A DNA stretch of 64,000 nt from Sumerlaeia bacterium (GCA_040219255.1 JAVJSW010000018.1:15054-79053); one strand, 5' to 3'. Counted from the stretch's first letter, positions 21,480 through 31,456 are shown. Numbers and translations are program-made. Notes: generated by a model from the sequence alone, not told the origin.

Positions 21480-22172
21480 ATGAAAGATCCGACCTTTGAG
21501 GATGCGCGCCCGCGCCCGCCACAAGACGACGAAACCGCCAACCCGCTTCGGTCCAAGGCCTCCCGGCGCTCGTTCCTGAAGGGAATGGGCTTGGCCACGG
21601 GGGCGGCGTTCCTCGGCGGAAACGCGGCGGCGGACGATTCGGGCCCCGCCAAGCCCAAGCCGCGCGAAATCCCCGGCCTGAAGCAATTCGCCAAAGGCAA
21701 GACCCACCGTGTCACGCTGACGCTCAATGGACAAACCCGCACCCTGGAAGTCGAGCCCCGGACCACGCTGCTGGACGCCGTGCGTGAGAACGCGGGGCTG
21801 ACGGGCTGCAAGCAGGTCTGCGACCGTGGCGCTTGCGGGGCCTGCACGATGCGGGTCGGCGGCGAAACCGTTTCCGCTTGCCTGACTCTGGCCATCGACT
21901 GCGAAGGCGAGCGGGTGACCACCATCGAAGGCATCGCCGCCGATCCGAAGTACAAGGCGCTGATCGATAACTTCTGCGAGCACGATGCGGCGCAATGCGG
22001 CTACTGCATTCCCGGGATCGTGGTGCGCAGCGCGGCGATGTTGGACGAGAAGCCCACCATGACGCGCGAGGAAATCCAGCAGGGCCTCGCTGGCAATATC
22101 TGCCGCTGCGGGACTTATGTGAAAATCTTCGACGCTCTGGAAGCCACCGCCGGCAAGGGAGGTGTTGCATGA
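21480..22172 (+). CDS. 2Fe-2S subunit of a xanthine-dehydrogenase-family aldehyde oxidoreductase, Tat-exported (PaoA/YagT-like)
   Basis: SRRSFLKG Tat signal; CDRGACGACT, QCGYCIPG, GNICRCG. Confidence 0.9.
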   Translation: MKDPTFEDARPRPPQDDETANPLRSKASRRSFLKGMGLATGAAFLGGNAAADDSGPAKPKPREIPGLKQFAKGKTHRVTLTLNGQTRTLEVEPRTTLLDAVRENAGLTGCKQVCDRGACGACTMRVGGETVSACLTLAIDCEGERVTTIEGIAADPKYKALIDNFCEHDAAQCGYCIPGIVVRSAAMLDEKPTMTREEIQQGLAGNICRCGTYVKIFDALEATAGKGGVA

Positions 22173-24253
22173 GCCCGATGACGAAAAAGCCGGACAACAA
22201 CGTGGCCCTGGAAAACGACAAGGCCCGCGTCGGCATCATCGAGAAAGTCGCCGGCCGAGGCAAGTACACCACCGACATCCCCATGGCGAACGCGGTGTTC
22301 GCCATGCACATCCGCTTCCCCTTTGGCGCGGGCGAGGTCACGAGCAAAAACCTCGACGCCGCCCGCAAAGTCCCCGGTGTTCTGAAGGTTCACTGGGAGA
22401 AGGACGACGCGCGCTATGCGGGCCAGATTCTTGGCCACGTCGTTGGTGAAAGCCAGGTGGCGTGCGAAGACTCCATCGAGGCCCTGGCGATGAAGTACAA
22501 GCTGGGCGAGGTCCGTGCCGACGAACAGGCACTGGCGCGCGAGCATGGCTTCAATAAGAAGGAGGAGGACAAGACCCTGAAGGGTATCTTCGCCAAGGCC
22601 GGTGCCGTGGTGGAAAGCGAGTACGGCACCCAGGTGCAGATGCACTGTTCGCTGGAGCCGCACTGCGCGCTGACTGAACTGAAAGATGGCAAGGCGGAGA
22701 TCTGGGCCAGCGCCCAAGGCGTGATTTCCTATCGCGGCGGAGCGGCCAAGGTCCTCGACATGAAGGAAAGCGACGTCACGGTGCGATCCGAATACGTGGG
22801 CGGGGGGTTTGGCTCGAAGGGCGGTCCGAACGCGGAAATTCGCCTGGCGTGTTCCGTGGCCAAGGACATGGGCCGGCCCTGCCGCGTGATCTACGACCGG
22901 CGCGAGGAGCAGCTCGATACCGGAAACCGCCCCGGCAGCGCCCAGTACTACAAGATCGCCGTGGAGAAGAACGGGAAAATCCTCGGCGGGCGCATTCATT
23001 CGCTGGGCCTGGATGGTTACCTGACTGGCCGGGGCGGGGTTCGCACGCCGAGTTACTACGATTTCGGCGAGGCAGACGCCACCCACGAAGACGTGGCCAT
23101 GACGGCGGGCCTGCCCCGGCCGTTCCGCGCGCCGGGCTATCCGCAAGCCAGCTTCGCCATCGAAGGCGTGATGGACGAACTGGCGGCGAAGCTCGGCATG
23201 GACCCGCTGGAATTCCGCAAGATCAATGAAACCAGCGATCGCCGTAAACGCCAGTACGACACCGGCGCCGAACTGATCGGCTGGGGCAAACGCCAGCCCG
23301 ATGGCTCGGCCAAGGGGCGCCACCGCACCGGCTATGGCGTGGGGGCTTCCACTTGGTTCATCTGGCCCACGCAGGCCGGGGCCATTTGCGAAATCCATCG
23401 CGATGGTCACGTGGTCATCAAGTCCGGCACCCAGGACATCGGCACCGGCACCATCACCGTGGTGGCCGACACGGCGGCGAACGAGCTGGGCATCCCGCGC
23501 GAGAAGATCATTCCGAAAATCGGAAACAGCGACTTCCCCGAAGCCCCCACCAGCGGTGGCTCGCAAACCGCCCGCAGCGTGGTGCCGGCGGTGCAGGACG
23601 CCTGCCGCAAGGCCCTCGCCCGGCTCGTCGAACTGGCCGCCGAGGAATTCGGCGATGAACGGGCGCTCTATCAGGGGGACTCGACCTTCCAGAAGATGAA
23701 GTCGCCGGAGCGGATGAGCTGGGATGAGGTTTGTGCCCTGATGACCAGCGAATCCATCAGCGAGCAGGGCCGCTGCGAACGGCGCATCTATGGCCAGGGC
23801 GACAGCGACGGGGTTCAGTTCGCCAAGGTGACCGTCGATACGGACACCGGCATCGTGACCGTGGACAAGGTGGTCGCCGTGCAGGCGGCCGGGCTCTACA
23901 TCAACCGGCTGACCGCGGAGAACCAGGTCTATGGCGGCGTGATCCAGGGCTTGAGCTACGCGCTCTTCGAAGAGCGAGCCCTGGATCCGGTGACGGGGGC
24001 GCTGCTGAACGACAACATGGACCAGTACAAAATCGCCGGCAGCGCCGATGTGCCGGAAATCGTCGCGGTGCTCGACGCCACATCCGAGGATACGGGCGTG
24101 CGCGGCCTGGGCGAACCGACCACCATCCCGACCTGCGCCGCCATCGGCAACGCCGTGGCCAACGCCATCGGCGCCCGCGTCTATCGCCTGCCCCTGACCC
24201 CCGACCGCGTCCTGGACGCAATGGAACGCGCCCCGAAAGGAGCCCGCGCATGA
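22169..24253 (+). CDS. Molybdopterin-binding large subunit (PaoC/YagR-like)
   Basis: LEPH, VGGGFGSK, FRAPG, QDIGTG, SGGS, QVYGGVIQG, RGLGEP; ATGA overlap. Confidence 0.92.
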   Translation: MSPMTKKPDNNVALENDKARVGIIEKVAGRGKYTTDIPMANAVFAMHIRFPFGAGEVTSKNLDAARKVPGVLKVHWEKDDARYAGQILGHVVGESQVACEDSIEALAMKYKLGEVRADEQALAREHGFNKKEEDKTLKGIFAKAGAVVESEYGTQVQMHCSLEPHCALTELKDGKAEIWASAQGVISYRGGAAKVLDMKESDVTVRSEYVGGGFGSKGGPNAEIRLACSVAKDMGRPCRVIYDRREEQLDTGNRPGSAQYYKIAVEKNGKILGGRIHSLGLDGYLTGRGGVRTPSYYDFGEADATHEDVAMTAGLPRPFRAPGYPQASFAIEGVMDELAAKLGMDPLEFRKINETSDRRKRQYDTGAELIGWGKRQPDGSAKGRHRTGYGVGASTWFIWPTQAGAICEIHRDGHVVIKSGTQDIGTGTITVVADTAANELGIPREKIIPKIGNSDFPEAPTSGGSQTARSVVPAVQDACRKALARLVELAAEEFGDERALYQGDSTFQKMKSPERMSWDEVCALMTSESISEQGRCERRIYGQGDSDGVQFAKVTVDTDTGIVTVDKVVAVQAAGLYINRLTAENQVYGGVIQGLSYALFEERALDPVTGALLNDNMDQYKIAGSADVPEIVAVLDATSEDTGVRGLGEPTTIPTCAAIGNAVANAIGARVYRLPLTPDRVLDAMERAPKGARA

Positions 24254-25236
24254 AGACCTTCGATTACGCGAAAGCGGAAAACCTGAGCGGCTACGACGCC
24301 GCCGCCAAGATGGGCTACGCGCCGAAAGCGGGCGGCGTCGATCTGCTGGATTTGCTGAAGTTACGCATTCCCGGCACACCGAACAAGCTGGTCGATGTGC
24401 GGGCCCTGGACGGCATGAAAGCCATCCGCCGCGAGGACGACGGCGCTCTGTGGATCGGGGCCGCCGCCACGCTGAAGCAGATCGGCGACAGCGCGCTTCT
24501 GAAGGAAAACCTGCCGGCCCTGGCCCACGCCGCCGGCGAGGCCGCCACGCCCCAGGTGCGCGCCGCCGCCACCGCCGCGGGCAATGTGCTCCAGCGCCCG
24601 CGCGACTGGTACTGGCGCAATCCGGAATTCCACGACCTGCCCGAAGGCGCCCAGATGCCGCTTGGCGAGTTGGTGGCCAAGGGCGACGACCGCTATGCCG
24701 CCATCTTCGGCAACACGTCCAATCGGACCGTCTGCGGCAGCAACATCGCGCCGGTCCTGGCCGCCGCCCGAGCCAAGGCCATCGTCCACACACCCGGTGC
24801 GGACGAACCCCGGGCCGTGCCAATGAGCGAATTTTTCGCCCTGCCAGAGGAGCATGGCGCCCCCATCACGACCCTGAAACCGGGCGAGTTGGTGCTGGCG
24901 TTTCGCATCCCCAAGGCCCCCAAGGCCAGCGGCTTTGTGGAAGTCCGGCACAAGAAGTCCTACGACTGGGCCTTGGCAATGGCCGCCGCCGTGCAGCACG
25001 CGGATGGGACCTGGGAGGTTTCATTGGGCGCCGTGGCTCCGGTGCCATGGAATGCCAGCGGGGCCGCAAAAGTCTTGTCCGAGGCCTCTACCATTGATAG
25101 GACTGTGGCCATGGAAGCCGCCGAGGCCTCCGTGGCCGGCGCCAACCCCAGCGACAAAAACCGCTATCGCGTCCACCTGACCAAAGTCGCCGTGCGCGAC
25201 GCCATCTTGACCGCCGCCGGATTGGAGATTGCCTGA
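24250..25236 (+). CDS. FAD-binding subunit (PaoB/YagS-like) lacking the Fe-S cysteines
   Basis: AGGVDLL, ATPQVRAAATAAGNVLQRPR, SYDWAL, LGAVAPVPW. Confidence 0.9.
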   Translation: MKTFDYAKAENLSGYDAAAKMGYAPKAGGVDLLDLLKLRIPGTPNKLVDVRALDGMKAIRREDDGALWIGAAATLKQIGDSALLKENLPALAHAAGEAATPQVRAAATAAGNVLQRPRDWYWRNPEFHDLPEGAQMPLGELVAKGDDRYAAIFGNTSNRTVCGSNIAPVLAAARAKAIVHTPGADEPRAVPMSEFFALPEEHGAPITTLKPGELVLAFRIPKAPKASGFVEVRHKKSYDWALAMAAAVQHADGTWEVSLGAVAPVPWNASGAAKVLSEASTIDRTVAMEAAEASVAGANPSDKNRYRVHLTKVAVRDAILTAAGLEIA

Positions 25237-25565
25237 TGGATCCGTTTGAAAAAGAAGAATTCCGCAAATCCCCCACCGTCAAGATCCCCGCCCCCGGCAA
25301 CATCCGCATCCACCCCGAGGACCCGGAGTACCATCCGGGCAGCCCGGCGGAAACGCCCACGTCCTGCTGCGTTCATTTGCGTTGCAAATCCATGTACTAC
25401 CGCGCCGACGAACGCCCCGGCCTGCTGCACAAGGAAGAGCAGATGGGCTACTGGTGCGACAAAACGGTCGATGACCTCGGCCCCGACGAAGGCCTCGCCA
25501 CCCACCGCGGCTGCCAGCCGGGGCGCGGGTGCTATGAGAAGGGGCCGGGAGGACAGCGGGGCTAG
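25236..25565 (+). CDS. Small Cys-rich hypothetical protein (6 Cys)
   Basis: TGATG overlap with the FAD subunit; CCVHLRCKSMY, YWCDKT, GPD, CQPGRGCYE; host-like codon usage. Confidence 0.8.
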   Translation: MDPFEKEEFRKSPTVKIPAPGNIRIHPEDPEYHPGSPAETPTSCCVHLRCKSMYYRADERPGLLHKEEQMGYWCDKTVDDLGPDEGLATHRGCQPGRGCYEKGPGGQRG

Positions 25566-26251
25566 AAAAGCGGCCCCTCGCCTTCGGACTGATGAAGGAC
25601 CTGGCGTAAGCGATGGGCGCGGATTACCACCCGATAGAGAGTCTGTGCGCCGAGCACATCCTGAACGAACTTACGTTGAAGCCAAGTTGAAGTTCGCCGG
25701 ATCGATCCGTACATGCGAAACGACGGCTTGGACCGTTTGGCACAAATGCAGCTTACGGGGTGCCATTTTCAATAAAATGGTACAAAATAGGTTGTCGGTC
25801 CTATCCTTAAGTTGTTGTCAATTTTTTTCGATTTTCATAATCACAACGATCTTCTTCAAATCCCCACGGAATTTCAAGGGGGGTGGGAGAAAAGTTTCTG
25901 CCTTCCTCGGCTCGCCGTGATTTTTCTCCGCTTTGGAGCGCTAAATTTCGGGGCTTCAATACCCTGCGCTCCCTTCTGGCCGGTGTCTCGACGCCCGAAC
26001 GCTCTCTCCGCTGTCGATTCCGATTTCGGCCAATAGGCTTGTCGAAGGATCTGTAACCTGTTTCAAATCAGTAATCAGCATGTCCTCAGGGAGTTGGGTC
26101 GGGAGCCGCTCGAGTTGACCCACAGGAGAGGGCAACGGACATCAGGCAACGGAAACCACGCAAATTTTTTCTTGCCTTCTCCTTTTTCACTTCGCAATGT
26201 GAGCGGACCATAGAAGCTAGATCAGTTTCATTCCACACAGGAGATCAATCC

Positions 26252-29200
26252 ATGCGGAAAGACCGTCCCCCTAATCCTGTTCGCTCGACAGTCGAGGTTT
26301 CGCTGTTGAGTGGGGCCTTTGTGTTGTTTGCTTCCCTATTGTCCGCCGATGTCGTTCTCGACGATTTCGGCTCCGGCGTCACCGCCGCCAATCATCCCGA
26401 GGGCGCCGGTGTGGCGGGTGTCTGGTACGATGCCAGCAGCTCCACCTTCGGCACGCCCTCCGCCAGCACGCTCGATGGCAGCCCCGCCATGCGCATCGAC
26501 GACGGCGGCTTCACCAACGGTGTCTACGCGATTTACGACGGGGTCGTTCCCGCCGATGGCGAGTATCAGATCGAAATCGCCATGGACGTGAACGAGCCCG
26601 GCTCCGCCACCGGCTTCAGCGCTTATCAGATCGGCATCGCCGTCGGCGCTGACGCGGTGCATCGGGGTTTGAACCCGAGCGCCGTTGCGCCCCTCGCCCT
26701 CATCGGCAACTACACCGGCCTGACCGCTGGCGACGACACCGCCAATCCCACGGAAACCGTGGTGACCGGAACCTTCGCGGCCCAGGCTGGCGACAGTATC
26801 CTCATCGCTCTCGGCACCGACGTGCAGACCGGCGGGTGGAACGCCAACTCTTCGTCCTGGGCTGGCAACTTCGTGCTCGTGGACAACATCGTCCTCAAGG
26901 ACGTGACGCCTCCTCCGCCCCCGCCAACCGGCGAGGTCGTCGTCGATAACTTCGATGGCGGTGTGGTGGCTCAGAACAACCCCACCGGCGGCGGCGCCTT
27001 TGGCATCTGGTACGATACCACGCCCTCGACCTTCGGCACGCCGAGCGCCTCGACCCTCGACGGCAGCTCGGCTATGCGCATCACCGACGGCGGCTTCGCC
27101 AACGGCGTCTACGCCATCTACGAAGGCGTCGTCCCCGCCACCGGTAGCTATGAAGTCGAAATCCTGATGGACATCGACGAGAGCGCCGGCAGCCCCGACG
27201 GCATCCGCGCCTTTTCCGTCGGCGTCGCCTCGGGCGCCGACGCCGCCCACCGTGCTGAGAGTGGCAACCTGCCCTCTATGGCGATCACAGGAACCTACAT
27301 TGGCCTGACGCCGAGTGACGACACCGCCAACCCGACCCAGGCCGTCTCGACCGGAATCTTCACCGCCAACGCGGGCGACAATCTGCTGATCGCGCTGTCC
27401 ACCGACGTCGAGAGCGGCACCTGGGGCGGCAACTCCGGCCTCTGGAGCGGCAGCTTCGCCACCGTCGACTCCATCGTCCTGCGCGGCGTCGAAGTCGAAC
27501 CCCCGCCGTTCGAGCTGGTCCTCGACAACGACGACGGCCCCGCCGTTTACCAGACCACGGGAAGCTGGACCACCAGCGGCTCGCCGGGCTACAACGGCGG
27601 CACCGATCAGTTCGCCGCCACCCAGGCCCCCAGCACCGCCACCTGGCTCGGCAGCATCCCCGAAACCGGCTTCTACGAAATCGCCGTCCAGTACCGCGCC
27701 GGGGCGAACCGCGCCTCTGTGACCACCTACGAAATCTCCACCCTCGAGGGAACCGTCGTTTCCTCCACCGACCAGCGCATCAACAACCTGACCTGGGTCG
27801 TGCTCGGCGAGTACGAACTGGCCGAGGGCGCCTTCAACATCACGCTGAACGCGGAAACCTGCGAACCGGCCGGAGCGGTCGTTCTGGCCGACGCCGTGCG
27901 CATCCGCGAACTGCCCGGCCCGCCGCCCATCGACGATCCGGAAATGCGCATCGCCATCTTCCTGGCTTTCGATCCGGGCATGGATGACGTCGGCACGATC
28001 CAGGCCTACGTCAACGACGCGGTCCGCAAGCGCTACAACGCCATCGCGGTGCACGCCCGCTATCGCGGCGACGCCACCTACTTCCCGAACAAGACCGACG
28101 CGACCTTCCCGAACAACGAACCGCGCAGCGAACTCGTCGGCGATGTCGACGTGATCGAGGAATTCGTGACCCGCGGCCATGCCGCCGGGCTCAAGGTCTT
28201 CGCCTACGTGAACACCAACCTGGTCACCGATGGCGCCGACACCGATCCGCGCCCGAACCACATCGTGAACCTGCACCCGGAATGGGCCACCTACGAGTGG
28301 AACTACGGCAACCCGATCCCGCAGAACACCGCCGAAGACCCCGACGGCATCTGGCTCGATCCGGGCCTGCCGGAAGTCCGCGCCTACACCGCCAACATCC
28401 TCGGCGATATCGTCATGAACTACGATGTGGACGGGATCTTCATCGATCGCCAGCGCTACCCGGACACCCGCTTCAACCGCGAAGAAGGCGACTTCGGCTA
28501 CCATCCCTACAACATTGCCCAGTTCAACTCCATCTACGGCAAGTCCGGCGTCCCCAGCCCCTTCGACGAAGACTGGCATCAGTACCGCCGCGATCAGAAC
28601 ACCGCCGCGATGCAGCTCTACTACTCCACCATCACCAGCCTCGACCCCGACGCGCTGCTGCTGGCCTACCCCATCGGCCGCTTCAACGACGCCGTGAACT
28701 TCAACTATCAGGATTGGCCCGCCTGGCTGAACAACCGCGTGGTGGATGCGGTGCTGCCTCAGATCTACACCAGCAGCACCTCCGAGTTCTCCGCCCGCGC
28801 CGCCGAGCACCGCGCCGCCTACAACGGCGAGCGCCTCCTCGGCCTGGCCATCGACACCTTCCGCCCCGGCGTGGACATCATCACCCAGATCGACATCGCC
28901 CGCCAACTCGGCTTCGACGGCCAGTCGCCCTTCACCCACGTGTCGGCCGGCCAGCTCGATTATTTCCAGGACCTCGCCGTGGCCTGGAACGGTATCGCCG
29001 CCTTCCCGGAAACACCCTGGAAAGCCGAGGCCGTGGATTGCGACGGCATCGACATGATCGGTGACGATCAGGACAATCTCCTGGTCGGTACCGCCTGCGA
29101 CGAACTGATCGTCGGCGGCATCGGCAACGACACCATCATCGCCAGCGGCGGTGACGATGTGATCGTGCCCGACTCGAGCCAGGAAGAGGAAGGCGACAAC

Positions 29201-30019
29201 CCGCGCCGCAACGAACGCGACGATTTCATCGACGGCGGCGACGGCGAAGACACGGTGGATTACTCCAACGTCCGCGCCCCGATCCGTGTCGACCTGTCCG
29301 AAGGCTACGCCCGCAAAGCCCGCGGCAACGATGGCATCGGCAGCGACACCCTTGTCCTGATCGAGAACATCATTGGCCGTGAAGGCGGCGACGATGTCTA
29401 CATCGGCGACGACGGCCCGAACAAGATCTGGTCGAACGGTCTGTACCCGACCAATCCCTCCCTGGCCGGCGAGCACATCGACGGCCGCGGCGGCGACGAC
29501 TACATCCACACCGGCGGCCCCGGCGTCGGCAGCAACGCCACCCATATCCGCGGCGGCGAAGGCGACGACGAAATCCACGGCAACGACGGCCGCTCGAACA
29601 AGCAATGGGGCGGCCCGGGCAACGACACCATCTACGCCTACGGCGGCATGGATCATGTCTGGGGCGAAGACGGCGACGACTACCTCGATGGTGGCGACGG
29701 AACCGACTTCCTCTTCGGCGGCCCCGGCAACGACACCCTGATGGGCGGCCCCGGCAAGGACAAGGTTCTCGAAGGGGGCCCCGGCGACGATATCATCGAT
29801 GGCGGACCCACCAACGAGGACGACCGTGCCCAGTTCAGCGGCACCTCCGCCGACTATACGGTCTGCGAGTACGCCGACGGCACCGTGATCGTCACCGACC
29901 TGCGCGGAATCGACGGCACCGACACGCTGACGAACATCAACCGCCTGAGCTTCTCGGACCGGATGATCACCCGCTCCGATTGGGCTCAGAAAATCCCAGG
30001 CTACTCGCTCTGCGACTAA
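26252..30019 (+). CDS. Secreted multidomain protein: two tandem beta-rich repeats, golvesin/Xly-like CBM, GHL10 (DUF187/DigH-like) glycoside hydrolase, RTX Ca-binding repeats
   Basis: AGGAG RBS; signal peptide; RYRGDATYFP, HAAGLKVFAYVN, WLDPGLPEV, NYDVDGIFID-RYP, YQDWPAWL; many GGxGxD nonapeptides. Confidence 0.85.
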   Translation: MRKDRPPNPVRSTVEVSLLSGAFVLFASLLSADVVLDDFGSGVTAANHPEGAGVAGVWYDASSSTFGTPSASTLDGSPAMRIDDGGFTNGVYAIYDGVVPADGEYQIEIAMDVNEPGSATGFSAYQIGIAVGADAVHRGLNPSAVAPLALIGNYTGLTAGDDTANPTETVVTGTFAAQAGDSILIALGTDVQTGGWNANSSSWAGNFVLVDNIVLKDVTPPPPPPTGEVVVDNFDGGVVAQNNPTGGGAFGIWYDTTPSTFGTPSASTLDGSSAMRITDGGFANGVYAIYEGVVPATGSYEVEILMDIDESAGSPDGIRAFSVGVASGADAAHRAESGNLPSMAITGTYIGLTPSDDTANPTQAVSTGIFTANAGDNLLIALSTDVESGTWGGNSGLWSGSFATVDSIVLRGVEVEPPPFELVLDNDDGPAVYQTTGSWTTSGSPGYNGGTDQFAATQAPSTATWLGSIPETGFYEIAVQYRAGANRASVTTYEISTLEGTVVSSTDQRINNLTWVVLGEYELAEGAFNITLNAETCEPAGAVVLADAVRIRELPGPPPIDDPEMRIAIFLAFDPGMDDVGTIQAYVNDAVRKRYNAIAVHARYRGDATYFPNKTDATFPNNEPRSELVGDVDVIEEFVTRGHAAGLKVFAYVNTNLVTDGADTDPRPNHIVNLHPEWATYEWNYGNPIPQNTAEDPDGIWLDPGLPEVRAYTANILGDIVMNYDVDGIFIDRQRYPDTRFNREEGDFGYHPYNIAQFNSIYGKSGVPSPFDEDWHQYRRDQNTAAMQLYYSTITSLDPDALLLAYPIGRFNDAVNFNYQDWPAWLNNRVVDAVLPQIYTSSTSEFSARAAEHRAAYNGERLLGLAIDTFRPGVDIITQIDIARQLGFDGQSPFTHVSAGQLDYFQDLAVAWNGIAAFPETPWKAEAVDCDGIDMIGDDQDNLLVGTACDELIVGGIGNDTIIASGGDDVIVPDSSQEEEGDNPRRNERDDFIDGGDGEDTVDYSNVRAPIRVDLSEGYARKARGNDGIGSDTLVLIENIIGREGGDDVYIGDDGPNKIWSNGLYPTNPSLAGEHIDGRGGDDYIHTGGPGVGSNATHIRGGEGDDEIHGNDGRSNKQWGGPGNDTIYAYGGMDHVWGEDGDDYLDGGDGTDFLFGGPGNDTLMGGPGKDKVLEGGPGDDIIDGGPTNEDDRAQFSGTSADYTVCEYADGTVIVTDLRGIDGTDTLTNINRLSFSDRMITRSDWAQKIPGYSLCD
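26348..27489 (+). repeat. Intragenic tandem duplication of a ~190-aa domain (26348-26905 and 26933-27489)
   Basis: Both copies share WYD-STFGTPSASTLDGS-AMRI-DGGF-NGVYAIY-GVVPA, DDTANPT and VD-IVL; poly-Pro linker between them. Confidence 0.9.
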
Positions 30020-30054
30020 GGATCGAACCATGATCCGACTCTCGAACTGAAACC

Positions 30055-30090
30055 GCGCCCCCTGGAGCTTTCCGGGGGGTGCAACAATTT
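30055..30090 (+). terminator. GC-rich hairpin after the large gene, probable terminator
   Basis: GCGCCCCCTGGA-GCTT-TCCGGGGGGTGC; weak U tract. Confidence 0.55.
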
Positions 30091-30268
30091 GCACCTCCGC
30101 CCTGTTGCGGGTTGCGGTCCGGTCCAAGTTCAGGTCATAGTCCCAGGCTGTCCGACATGGCTGGTAGGAGACTCTCGAACCTCAGCCCTTGAGGACGGTC
30201 CGATCACCACATGGCGTTCGCGCGGGCTCCCTTCGCCCCATCAATCAATCCCCAGGAAGTTCCCGAAG

Positions 30269-31456
30269 ATGACGACACCCATCCGCCAAGCCATTGTCTC
30301 CACTCTGCTCTTATTGCTCGCGGTGCCCTGCTATTCCCAATACAAGCAGTTCGCCATTCAAGACTTCGAGGACCCCCAGAAAAACTGGCCCGACATTCTG
30401 GTCCACGGTCACCACAGCACCCCCCTGACCACCCGGCTTCTCGACTGGCCCTCGAGCGACTACGGCCCTGGCCTGGCGGAGGGCGCGGCGGCGGATGTCA
30501 TCGGCGGCTATGGTCTCGAACTCCGCCCCCTGGAAACGGACCCCCACCTGAGCGTCATGTTCAAGCGGGCCCTCAATCGCCAGAAACTCGGCCCCAACGG
30601 CGCCGCCCTCTTCCAGGTCGATTTCTACTTCCCCGAAGACACGGCCTCTCACCCGACGATGGCCATCCTGGGGAACGCCAGCGACGACACAGGCCGCGGC
30701 GGCTACCGCTTCTATCGCTTCGGCATCGACCGCGACCGAATCTATTTCTCCTTCACGAACGGCAAGTCCTCGCCCGATATCTACCTGCGCCAACCGCTGT
30801 CGGAATTCAACTTGCCGACCCCGGGCTGGCACCGCTTGCAGATGATCTTCAACGGCCAGGAAGAAATCCTCTGCGCCATCGACGGCCAGATCACCTCCTT
30901 CTCTCCCATCAAGGACGCCACACTTTCCGTTCTCGAACCCGGCGTCATGGTGACCCGGCCCAAGGAAGGCGGCGAAAAAGCCGTCTACGCCGATAACCTG
31001 GAGATCATGTGGACGGCCAACGCCGCCGACGATCCCCCGGTCGCCCCCTGGCTCCTGCAGAACACCTCCTCGCTTCCCGTGCGCGGCCTCCAGGCCAACC
31101 TCTGGAACCTCGGCGGTTTCGAATGGACACTCAGCCCGTCGGAAGCCTGGAAGCAGGCCAACGAGGAAAGCAAAGTCATCTTCGCCGTCTTCCATGGCGA
31201 CGATCAGGCCGCCAATGAAGAGGTCATGAAAATCCTCAGCGCGGAAGACGCTAAGTTCATCCTGTCCCAGTGCGTGCCCCTGCGCGTCGACGTGGGCACC
31301 AACTCCGGCCAGGTCTTCGCCCAGCGCTACTCCCTCGGCGAATTCCCCTCCGTCGCCGTCATCCGCGTCGACGGGCGCATGACCAACAGCGTACACATCC
31401 AGACCGACTCCGGCATCGAGTGGACCGGCCTCTATCAGAAGTTGAGCGGGACGTAA
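30269..31456 (+). CDS. Secreted protein: LamG/concanavalin-like domain plus C-terminal Cys-less thioredoxin-like fold
   Basis: Signal peptide; GWHRLQM...IDG and YADNL (LamG-like); EAWKQANEESKVIFAVFHGD...FPSVAVIRVDG (Trx-like, no CxxC). Confidence 0.7.
   Translation: MTTPIRQAIVSTLLLLLAVPCYSQYKQFAIQDFEDPQKNWPDILVHGHHSTPLTTRLLDWPSSDYGPGLAEGAAADVIGGYGLELRPLETDPHLSVMFKRALNRQKLGPNGAALFQVDFYFPEDTASHPTMAILGNASDDTGRGGYRFYRFGIDRDRIYFSFTNGKSSPDIYLRQPLSEFNLPTPGWHRLQMIFNGQEEILCAIDGQITSFSPIKDATLSVLEPGVMVTRPKEGGEKAVYADNLEIMWTANAADDPPVAPWLLQNTSSLPVRGLQANLWNLGGFEWTLSPSEAWKQANEESKVIFAVFHGDDQAANEEVMKILSAEDAKFILSQCVPLRVDVGTNSGQVFAQRYSLGEFPSVAVIRVDGRMTNSVHIQTDSGIEWTGLYQKLSGT

Noticed and set aside
26120-26165. 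c-di-GMP-I riboswitch-like GGCAA..GAAA..ACGCAAA pattern
   Set aside because: P1/P2 pairing and motif spacing do not fit.
26336-30127. 1263-aa antisense ORF, and similar shadows such as 56660-59770, 22115-24823 and 14117-16435
   Set aside because: They lie opposite well-supported genes and have no motifs; expected from high-GC codon bias that removes antisense stops.
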